Below are positions 41,725 to 50,919 of a DNA stretch of 64,000 nucleotides, in pieces. Every line of letters begins with the position of its first letter. The first letter of the stretch is position 1. The DNA comes from Alphaproteobacteria bacterium (GTDB lineage Bacteria > Pseudomonadota > Alphaproteobacteria > MPNO01 > UBA830): assembly GCA_965243135.1 (NCBI GenBank), contig OZ251539.1:1312001-1376000 (forward strand), written 5' to 3'. The notes beneath the pieces were generated by a model. The model ran no database searches, was not told the origin of the DNA, and worked only from the letters and a program-made list of their open reading frames with translations. Made by a program: the position numbers and the translations under genes.

Positions 41725-42678
41725 TCACGTCCGGTCGAAGTCCGTGCCGTGCCGCCCGAGGCCGTTCAGCGCGTCCTCGACGAAGCGGCGCGCGAGAAAG
41801 CTGTCCACGGCATCCGTTTCGGGATAGAGTTCGCGGCAGAGCGCAAGCTGTTGCGACCAGTGTCCGTCGGACATCTCGCCGTTCACCGCGAACCCGCCGG
41901 ATTCGCGCTCCTGACGCCAGATCCGGCGAATGCGGTCCTCCGGCAAATCCACGGTCACATGGGCGCCGTAGACTTCCCGGAAAGCCTCATAGCTGTCGTG
42001 CAGCGCCCGCGAAGCGCGAATCATCCCGCGCGTCAGACGCGCCAGCGTCTCGGGGCGCTCTGCCTCGAAAGCCTCGGTCGTTCCCAGAACGCCGTGCGGC
42101 TGCATGGGCACGAGTTCCTTGAGCCGGGTAAAGCCCAGGATATTGCGGACGCGGTCGCCGTGGCCGATCTCGAGAGCGACGGCTTCCTCGACCCGTATCA
42201 GCGAAGCGTCGACGCTGCCGTCGAGCAGGCGCTCGATGCGCTGCGGCGGCGGGCCCGCGACCTGCCAGTCGATGTCGGCTTCGTCGATGCCGAGCGCGCG
42301 CACGACGAGACGCGCCATGTGATGGCTCAGCGCGTTCATGCCGTCGAGCGCCCACGACGCTCCACGAAGTTGGTCGGTAGTTTCGATGCGGTTTTGGACC
42401 ACCAGGTTCTGGGCCAGCCCGCGCGCCATCGATACGACCGCGCGCACCGGGTCGCCGTTCGCCCGCGCCCTGATCAGAGGCCCAAGCCCTCCGTAGGAGA
42501 CGTCGACCGTGCCGTCCAGAATGGCCTTGATAGCGGCGACGCCGCCGCGCACCGGCGTCCAGGTTACGTCAAGGCCTTCGTCCGCCCACAATCCGAGGGT
42601 CGTCGCGGCGGCGCAGGCGAGGTCGTCGACCCCGAAGGTTTCGCCGGATCCGGCGGCAAGGCGAAGCGATTCGGCCAT
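41725..42678 (-). CDS. ABC transporter substrate-binding protein (NMT1/SsuA-like)
   Basis: GLWADEGLDVTW...GG..AI.AIL.G.VD, QLRG, RIERLLDGSVDA. Confidence 0.75.
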   Translation of the reverse strand: MAESLRLAAGSGETFGVDDLACAAATTLGLWADEGLDVTWTPVRGGVAAIKAILDGTVDVSYGGLGPLIRARANGDPVRAVVSMARGLAQNLVVQNRIETTDQLRGASWALDGMNALSHHMARLVVRALGIDEADIDWQVAGPPPQRIERLLDGSVDASLIRVEEAVALEIGHGDRVRNILGFTRLKELVPMQPHGVLGTTEAFEAERPETLARLTRGMIRASRALHDSYEAFREVYGAHVTVDLPEDRIRRIWRQERESGGFAVNGEMSDGHWSQQLALCRELYPETDAVDSFLARRFVEDALNGLGRHGTDFDRT

Positions 42679-43155
42679 CGTGACCTCTCATGTTGCGGAA
42701 GGGCGCCGAGCGGACGAGCAAACCGTTTGCACGGCGGGGCGCACACCAAGGGACGATGCTGCTATTGCTGCCGGCCGTCAAGGCGGGGAATCGCCCGATT
42801 CGCGACCGAGACGCTTCGCAATGACGGGGTCCGGGCTGGGTTTTCGACCGATCGGCTGGTCAAAGGACGACGCTATTCTGGGGGTTGAGGCTCCGTTCCA
42901 GTTCGCTAGCCCCCTGTGCACGGATATGATAATCGTAAGCGTTCGGTCGTGGGGTGACGGTGTTGAGAGTCCGCCTCCAGGCAAGGGTTCAACCAGACAT
43001 CCTTGACCGGGAGAGCGCGTTCGTTCCGGGTGCCTGAGGCTGTCCACCCCTGGTTGGCGGCCCGGCGCTCCTCGCGGAGTAAACGTTCGGTTGAGCATGG
43101 CGAATGATTCGGGCGGGGGCTGGACACGCGTTTTTGGCTCCTGTATACGGTCGCC

Positions 43156-44987
43156 ATGTCGAGCGAACATTCACTTCCGGGGACCGAGTTGTCGGGCGGC
43201 GGCCAGGAGCTGGCTGCGTCGCGCCGGGAGAGCGCGGATCTCAGCCGGAAGCTGGCTGCGTCGCGCCGGGAGAGCGCGGATCTCAGCCGGAAGCTGGCCG
43301 CGTCGCGCCGGGAGAGCGCGGATCTCAGCCGGGAGCTGGCCGCGTCGCGCCGGGAGAGCGCGGATCTCAGCCGGGAGCTGGCCGCGTCGCGCCGGGAGAG
43401 CGCGGATCTCAGCCGGGAGCTGGCCGCGTCGCGCCGGGAGAGCGCGGATCTCAGCCGGAAGCTGGCCGCGTCGCGCCGGGAGAGCGCGGATCTCAGCCGG
43501 GAGCTGGCCGCGTCGCGCCGGGAGAATGCGGATCTTGGCCAAAAGCTGGAGACCGCGGTCCAGAAAGCGGAGAAGTGTTGCTGCGACGCCGAGATAAAGA
43601 GACATGAGGCACCGCCCCCGTGTCGAGCTGCGGAGACGCCGGAGAACGAGAGTCTGGAGTCCCGCAGCCGCAGATTTGCCCGGGAGCTGTTCGGGCGCCG
43701 CAGCGAGCGGCGGCCTGCGGCAACCGGTCGACGCCGGGGGCGCCGCCAGGGAACGTCGTCGCATGGCCGCACGCGGCGCCCTGAGCTGCCCGTTCGCGAG
43801 GAAGAGTCGCTTCCGGACGGGCGCACGTGCCCGGACTGCGGCAAGGTCTGGGTCTCGAACGGTTGGAAGGACACGGAGATCGTCGAGACCAGGACCGTCA
43901 CCTATGTCCGGAGGACGGAAGCGGCTGCGCCCGGCCTGCGCATGCCGGCCGGAAAAGGAGGTCGTCGGCCCGGCCCCGGCGCGGCTGTTTCCGAATACCC
44001 GGTATGGAGTCTCCGTCTGGGCGAACGTCCTGGCGGAGAGGTACGGCCTGCACCGTCCGCTGCGTTCGGTCTGCCGCGCGCTGGGCCAGCACGGACTCGC
44101 CCCCGGCACGTTGGCGGACGCCCAGCGACGGTTCCTGCGCCTGGCCGCTCGACGACGAGATCTCCCGGCGCCTGTCGGAGGCGCCGGTCGTTCACGGCGA
44201 CGAAACGGGGTGGACGGGAGTTGGGCGAGGAGGACGGAGGCAACGCCCGCGCCTGGGCTGCCCGGTCGGCGGACGCGGTTCGCATCCTCGCCATCGCGCA
44301 GCGCGGAAGCCGCCCTTGAGCTATTCAGGGGTCTCGGCTCGCCCGAGCAGGCGGCTCACCTGGTCTGCGACCGCCGCCTACCGGAAGCTGGCGCGCGTCA
44401 TGGAGGGGTGCGTCGTCCTTTCATATTGCTGGGTCCACGCCAGGCGCGACTTCGTCAACCTCGAGACCGGCTACCCGAACCTCGCGCAGTTCGCCCAAAA
44501 GTGGCTTCGTCACGCATTGTACCGTCTCAACGCTAGGCGTCTGGCGCGCCCGGGCAACGCCGCCGTCCAGCGGCGGCTCGCGAGGTTCGCCGAAGCGTTC
44601 TTCGCGGCGGCGAAAAAGGCGCGGGACGCGCTCCCGGAGAGCGCGGCGCAACGCGGCCCTCTGAACTCCCTGCTGCGCCACCGCGACGGTCTGACAACGT
44701 TCGTGGACAACGCGGCCGTTCCCATGGACAACAACGCCGCCGAACGCGGCTTGCGCGGAATCAGCCGGAAGCTCTCGTTCGGGTCGCAAAGCGTGGACGG
44801 AGCGCGGTTGGCGGGCATGTCCATCTTCGGTACGCTCGAGATGGCCGGCATCTCGCCGTACAGCTGGCTGCTCGATTATGCTTGCGCCCGTCGTCCACCG
44901 CCCGAAGGCCCTGCTGACTGGCTGCCGTGGGGCGTCGGCGAGGAACGTCTCCGCTCCTGGCATCCCTCTCTCCCCCAGGGACCATGA
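43156..44987 (+). pseudogene. IS66 transposase (TnpC), multiply frameshifted
   Basis: Coiled-coil start, LFGRRSE, CPDCG, VHGDETGW, CWVHARRDF, PMDNNAAERGLR. Confidence 0.88.
43206..43540. repeat. 42-bp tandem repeat x8 encoding (E/K)LAASRRESADLSR
   Basis: Direct reading; last unit degenerate; no spacers. Confidence 0.95.
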
Positions 44988-45775
44988 GCGGCAGCCCTTG
45001 CCGCTACTGCGGGCGCGACTTCTCCGAGGACGAGATCGACATGATCCGCTCCCTGATCGGAAGGAGCAGCCGCAGGGCGCTGTCGCGGGAGGTCTGCCGG
45101 CGCCTCGACTGGCGCAAGCCCGACGGCGGCCTAAAGGAGCGCGCGGGTGGCCATGTTGCGCATGCACGGCGTGATCGTCCTGCCGCCGCCGAGGCAAACG
45201 CCGACCGCACGCCCGTGCCCGGCCCCGCGACCGACCGGCCCCTGTTCCCGGTCCCCGAACGTCTCGCCGATGTCCAACCCGTCGCCGCGGAGCCTGTCCG
45301 GAACGCAGGCGAAGGCCGCCTCTGGAACGAGTTCGTCGCCCGCTATCATTGCCACTCGACGTTGCCCGGTGCGCAGCACTTCGTCCGGGCCGCTGGCGGC
45401 GAACCCCTCGCCGTCCTCGGCTTCGGTGCCGCGGCCTGGAAGATCGCGCCCAGGGACGAACTCGTGGAACCCCGAGACCCGCCGCCGCAACCTGCCGCTG
45501 GCGGTCAACAATGCCCGGGCCTTGCCCTGGGTCAAAAATCTCGCGTCCCCTCGCTCTGGTCGAACGACGGCTGCCGGACGACTGGGAGCGCCGCTACGCT
45601 CCGGTCCTGCTCGAGACCTTCTGCGAAACGCCGCGCTTCGAAGGAAGCTGCTACCGGGCCGCCAGCAAGGCCGGCAAAACACAGGGCCGCGGCAGCACCC
45701 GGAAAGAACGCGCTCTCCCGGTCAAGGACGCTGAAGCCCCTGCGGCGGGACTGGAGGAGGAGCCTCAACAAATAG
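44984..45775 (+). pseudogene. DUF4338 (DruA-like domain) passenger gene, frameshifted
   Basis: RYCGRDF...SRRALSREVCRRLDWRKPDG, LWNEFVARYH, GFGAAAWK..PRD, YAPVLLETF. Confidence 0.75.
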
Positions 45776-46079
45776 ACCGTCACCCCACGACCGAACGCTT
45801 ACTGATAATCGATGAAAGCATTTGGAGAAGGCGATCAAAATACGATAGGATCCTGGCAGCAGCTATCCTACGAGTTCACTGGTTGCCTTCAGGGCCAAAT
45901 CATGGTGCTGCGGGGCTGTATTATGCTGAAAGAAAACAATCTCTTCTGGCCCGATCACTCTCAGGCGTGAGAGGAAACGAAAGCGCCTTCCTTCCAGGCC
46001 TGGATCAGGCGTCCTCATGGAAGCGTCGGCGACTTCTCCTCCGGTGCATCGGCGGTTTATCGGCGGTTTCCACCGACGC

Positions 46080-46255
46080 TTCAGCGTGACGCCGATGGCA
46101 GCTCCGTATCGCCCTGTCCTTGCGTCGCACCGCCCGAACGCGGAACGGTTATTTCGGCGTATGATAAGCGGGGCGAATCCGGGAAACCAGCCCCAAAAGT
46201 TGGATGCTACGGGGTGAGCATGTGCTGATCATGAGCGTTTGTTGTGATCTGAAAA
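46080..46255 (+). repeat. Dispersed repeat, copy E (diverged)
   Basis: CGCCCGAACGCGGAACGGTTATTTCGGCG ... AAAGTTGGATGCTACGGGGTGAGCA ... CATGAGCGTTTGTTGT. Confidence 0.8.
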
Positions 46256-46260
46256 TAATC

Positions 46261-46305
46261 GGTGACAATTATCACCTTGACATCTTAAAGAAGAATTGTT
46301 ATTTT
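46261..46305 (+). promoter_or_regulatory. Promoter with upstream palindrome
   Basis: GGTGA-CAATTA-TCACC abutting TTGACA-N17-TATTTT. Confidence 0.55.
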
Positions 46306-46333
46306 TGGTTCTCAAAATCCAAGGGGAAGCTTT

Positions 46334-48739
46334 ATGACGCTACAGGAAATCCAAGAAATTGATCCATCTGAATCGATCCTGTTTCTTGGGGCTGGATTTT
46401 CGAAAAGTGCGGAAAATATATGTGGAGATAATATCCCACTAAGCGACCAATTGCAACAAAAATTAGCGAACATGCTTAATGTTGACGGAGATAAATATGA
46501 TTTAAAGGTTCTCGCAGATGAGGTTCATTCTCGTCCAGATTTCGATTTATATCAAATTCTCTATGAAACCTTTACAGCTAACAAAATCAGCAAAGAGCAG
46601 GACAATATTCTGCGTCCAACTTGGAAACGAATATACACAACTAATTATGATGATATTGTAGAGTTTTTTCATCTTCAAAATAACAACCGAATTCAAAGCT
46701 ATAGTTTTACAGATGATATTCCTCAAAGGCTAAATAACGGTTCCATAATTCATTTGCATGGAGTAATTCGCAGTACAAATAGGGAAAATATGTTTGACCA
46801 GCTTGTGTTAAATGAATCCTCTTACGTTCGGCAACGCTTCGAAGATTCTCCTTGGTATAACCATTTTATTCGTGATTTAAAATTCTGTCAAAATTGTTTT
46901 TTTGTCGGCTACGGATTGAGAGACTATCACATTAGTTCTCTTCTGATGCAAAACGAGAATTGGCGTCAAAAAATCTTTTTCGTTGTGGAGCAAAATCCTG
47001 ATGAAATATTTAAGAATCGCGTGTCTCCTTATGGTAAAATTCTTCCTATTGGTTTAATGGGTTTCTCTCAACTATGCCAGACTCGTCCGCGTTCGCGTAT
47101 AGCTCAAAGCCTTAATACCTTAAATACGTTTCGATATCTAGATCCTATAAAGGACAAAAAAACTCTTTCAAAGCCTACCGTGTCGGAAATAATGAATCTT
47201 GTCGCATATGGCGGATTCAACGACCAGAGATGTTATTCCACCCTTCCTCTAGCGGATTATGTTATACCGAGAAAACAACTAGTTCAACAGGCAGTAAGAA
47301 AATTAAAAGAGAATAATTGTTTATTGGTCCACTCCAGATTAGGAAATGGTAAATCCATTTTTCTCCACATACTGGCCTACGAATTGAGTCAGGATGGATT
47401 TTATTGCTTTCTATGCAAGTCGGAACCGGAACTAGCAAAAATACAGCAGGATATTGAATTTTTGAATACGCTAGATAAAGCAGTTATCTTTTTCGATTCA
47501 TATGATTTAGCGGTTGATTTAATGGAAAATTTGAAAAACTCCCAGACGTTAATCAAATTGGTCGTGACTGTTAGAACTAATATTCAAGATGTTCGTATGT
47601 TTGAAATCATAAAGATGTTTCCCGAACCTAGATCACAATTAAGTCTTGATGGAATGAATAAGAGAGACAAGGAAGATTTTAAAAATCTTCTCGATAAATC
47701 TGGTATAAGGATCGAAAATTTTGAACGTACTATAGATCGATGCAGAGATTTTCGGGATGTAGTTTCATCGCTGTATAATAATTCGAAAATTGCTAAACAA
47801 GTTACAGATCAACTTGCGCCAGCTATCCAAGATAAAAAGTTCCGATCAGTCTTTGTTGTTAGCCATCTCTTTAAATCAATCGGACAGGATGTTGATGCAG
47901 TATTTCTTCGGAATGTGACCAATAGCGATCCATATATCGAGATAGCGAAAGATCCTTTTATTGCCTATGATATCTATAAATTAGACGAAGATAGAATCGA
48001 AGTCCGGTCGGCAGTATTTTCGGAATATTTAATCAAAACTCAATTTGAAGCGGCAGACATTATGGAGTTCGTTTATAGGATTATTACAGAAGCCATAAAG
48101 AGAAAGACAGAACACGGAATCAGCCGCACAAACAACGCAATTATTGGAGGGTTTATGCGATACTCTGCTCTTAACAGAGCGCTAGGAAATGAATCAAATA
48201 AGGTAGATATATTAAACACTCTTTTCGAGAGATTGCGTTTAAATGAGGCTGTGAACAGGGAGCCACTTTTCTGGCTACAATATGCAATTTTGAAAAATGC
48301 AAATGACGAATTGCCTATAGCGGAACATTTTATCGAGACCGCATATTCTAGAGCGGCTAATATTCGCAATTTTCACACTTTCCAAATTGATACGTTTGCC
48401 CTTGGATTACTGATGCGAATAGAAAGTCGGCAAAAATCCCATAGATCTGTGAAAAGATTTGACCAAATTATAGAAAAACTGGAGCGCGTTAGACAGATGA
48501 TTGGTGATGGAACTCGTCGGTATCACGCCATCAAGGTTCTTGAGGGTATAGACCCCTTTATCCAAGCATGTGTTCCTGCCTTATCGACAGGACAAAAAAA
48601 TATATTTATCTATCATTTTAATCTTTTGATTGACAGCCTGAATGAACTGACTGAAGAAGATCGGAAGCAAACTGGAGTGCCTAGGATAATAACAGGAATT
48701 AAACGCGCAAATCAGCGTATCCTAACATTTACTTCGTGA
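46334..48739 (+). CDS. SIR2 + P-loop NTPase (STAND-like) + helical C-terminus; Avs5-like defence protein
   Basis: FLGAGFS, YTTNYDD, IHLHG, FVGYGL.D; HSRLGNGKS Walker A, IFFDSY Walker B; PLFWLQYAI helical region; strongly AT-rich. Confidence 0.8.
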   Translation: MTLQEIQEIDPSESILFLGAGFSKSAENICGDNIPLSDQLQQKLANMLNVDGDKYDLKVLADEVHSRPDFDLYQILYETFTANKISKEQDNILRPTWKRIYTTNYDDIVEFFHLQNNNRIQSYSFTDDIPQRLNNGSIIHLHGVIRSTNRENMFDQLVLNESSYVRQRFEDSPWYNHFIRDLKFCQNCFFVGYGLRDYHISSLLMQNENWRQKIFFVVEQNPDEIFKNRVSPYGKILPIGLMGFSQLCQTRPRSRIAQSLNTLNTFRYLDPIKDKKTLSKPTVSEIMNLVAYGGFNDQRCYSTLPLADYVIPRKQLVQQAVRKLKENNCLLVHSRLGNGKSIFLHILAYELSQDGFYCFLCKSEPELAKIQQDIEFLNTLDKAVIFFDSYDLAVDLMENLKNSQTLIKLVVTVRTNIQDVRMFEIIKMFPEPRSQLSLDGMNKRDKEDFKNLLDKSGIRIENFERTIDRCRDFRDVVSSLYNNSKIAKQVTDQLAPAIQDKKFRSVFVVSHLFKSIGQDVDAVFLRNVTNSDPYIEIAKDPFIAYDIYKLDEDRIEVRSAVFSEYLIKTQFEAADIMEFVYRIITEAIKRKTEHGISRTNNAIIGGFMRYSALNRALGNESNKVDILNTLFERLRLNEAVNREPLFWLQYAILKNANDELPIAEHFIETAYSRAANIRNFHTFQIDTFALGLLMRIESRQKSHRSVKRFDQIIEKLERVRQMIGDGTRRYHAIKVLEGIDPFIQACVPALSTGQKNIFIYHFNLLIDSLNELTEEDRKQTGVPRIITGIKRANQRILTFTS

Positions 48740-48919
48740 GCATTTTTTGGATCACGAAAAAGCCTATTGGCATGGCTAGCTCATTTACAAATACTTCCGA
48801 ACCCTCGCGATGACACAGCAAGGACTGCAACGGCTTGCGCGGCAGCACGGTCGGCACAAACGGGGAAGCGTTCGGTCACGAGGTGACCTACTTATTTAGG
48901 AGTCGCCTCCAGTTCCGGC

Positions 48920-49090
48920 CTAGTGCTTCATCACAATACAATCATAGGATAAACCGACTTCAACTTGCAACGGGCATCGTCGACTTTCCCAGTTGACGCC
49001 GTGCTGCTGCTCGTTGACGTCAATAGCCCACGCCGTGATTTTGGTCTGGAGGGTCTCGGTCGAGCGGCACATGCGCGATTTGAAGCCGGG
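48920..49090 (-). pseudogene. IS630-family transposase C-terminal remnant
   Basis: ITAW...N....GVNW and DDARCKLKSVYP fragments, ending at CACTAG. Confidence 0.6.
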
Positions 49091-49199
49091 CGCGCAGGCC
49101 GGGCGACGCATGGTGCGGCAAGGACCGCTACCAGAAGGGAAAGCAGTCGGAGATCGACGCGGCGGCGTCATCCGGAGCGAGATCTCGACTCGGTTTCGT

Positions 49200-50831
49200 C
49201 AGCAATTCCCGCTAAGGCTCGAAACCCTTGCAAAATATGGAGTCTGAAAAAAATCTTTCGTGGACTTTTCGAGGCGATTCGGGGCTATTTGCCTTCAAGC
49301 GGAGCATTTTTCTCTGGAAAGTGGTCCAAAGGCGAGGCGGGGTTGTACCAAAATGGCCAGAATGCCAAGCATGCGCAAGACGCTCAGCGCTCCGGGATTG
49401 CTGAAGGAAGTGCGAGCTTGTTTCGACCGTATCGAAGATTGCAAGCCGGGGGCTGAATCAGACGGACTGCCTGATGTCGGGTTTAGCGGTGTTCGGTATG
49501 AAGTATGCATCGCTTCTGCAATTCGACGAAGCCGCGCATGCCGACGAAGCGGTTCGGCACAACCTCGCGACCCTGTACGGCATCAAACGCGTACCGTCGG
49601 ACAGGCGAGAACGTCTTGACGAAGTCTGTCCGCGGCAATTGCGGCGTTGTTTCACGAAGCTGTTCCAAGTTTTGCAACGAGGGAAGGGGTTGGAAGAATA
49701 CACTTGTCTGAACGGCTATTATGCTCTTTCGATTGACGGAACGGGATACTTCTCGTCGGACAAGGTGCACTGTAAAAACTGCTGCGAGAAACACCATCGC
49801 GACGCTACGATTACCTACTATCACCAGATGTTGGGAGCCGTACTGGTGCATCCGGAACAGAAGGAGGTTTTTCCGTTTGCGCCGGAACCGATCCTGAAGG
49901 AAGACGGCGCAAAAAAGAACGATTGCGAACGCAATGCGGCGAAACGGCTTCTGGAAGATGTGCGTCGCGAACACCCGCGCCTGAAGCTGGTCGTGCTGGA
50001 GGATGGGCTGGCCTCGAATGGACCACATGTCAATCTTCTCAAGGAGTTAGACATGCGTTTCATACTGGGGGCGAAGCCCGGCGACCACAAGTTCCTGTTC
50101 GAGTGGGTCAACAACGCGCTGTCCGTGGAGCGCCGGGAGTTCACGGACGAGGACAACATACGGCACGAATTCCGGTATCTCAACGGAGTGCCTCTGAACG
50201 ATACGCACTTCGACCTCAAAGTGAACTTTCTCGAATACTGGGAGAAGCTTCCAAACGGCAAGAAACAACGTTTCTCCTGGGTCACGGATCTGCCAATCGA
50301 CGAAGGGAACCTGATGGAGTTGATGCGCACCGGTCGAGCGCGCTGGAAGATCGAGAACGAAACTTTCAACACCCTGAAGAACCAAGGCTACTGCTTTGAG
50401 CACAACTTCGGTCACGGTAACAAGAATCTGTCGACGGTCTTTGCGTTCCTGATGATGCTGGCGTTCCTGATTGACCAGATTCAACAGCGATGTTGCAAAC
50501 TGTTCCAACAGGCGCAAAAGAAGGCCAAGCGGTCCATTTACTTCTGGGAAAAGGTGCGGGGATTGTTTCTCGAATACTTCCTGAAGGACTGGGAAACGCT
50601 CTACGATCGCGTTTGGATACCGGAAAGCAGAGGGAATTCCCTACGACACCTCCTGACCTGGCACCGTGACCGAATGTGCCAAAGCAAGTTTTTCAGGGGA
50701 AACAGGATGGTCAAGGCTAAGTCGGCGCCAAGCCGAAGCGGGGAAGGTGCGTCGCGGCGGCTGGTCCCTCGGTAACGACACTATCTCGACGCGCCTTTCG
50801 CAAAGGGCGGCCACCTTAGCGGGAATTTCTG
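49200..50831 (+). mobile_element. CAG-ended IS, copy 2 (divergent relative; transposase frameshifted at both ends)
   Basis: Same IRs; 9-bp TSD CGGTTTCGT (49191-49199, 50832-50840); DGTGYFSS, KNDCERNA, RARWKIENETFNTLK. Confidence 0.92.
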
Positions 50832-50919
50832 CGGTTTCGTTGCTGGGGCGCGGTCAACAACCGGCCGGGATGGCTCTCGGCCCCGACGATCGTTTACCGG
50901 AAAGCGCCGCACGGAGGGA

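Larger units (their letters stand above)
42935..45802 (+). mobile_element. IS66-family element with 26-bp terminal IRs and 8-bp TSD
   Basis: GTAAGCGTTCGGTCGTGGGGTGACGG and its exact reverse complement; TGATAATC at 42927-42934 and 45803-45810. Confidence 0.92.

Noticed and set aside
43206-43540. Regular repeat resembling a CRISPR array
   Set aside because: Units abut with no unique spacers, stay in frame in a transposase, and no cas genes are present
44984-45775. Druantia defence system
   Set aside because: Only a broken DUF4338 gene inside IS66 ends; no DruE helicase
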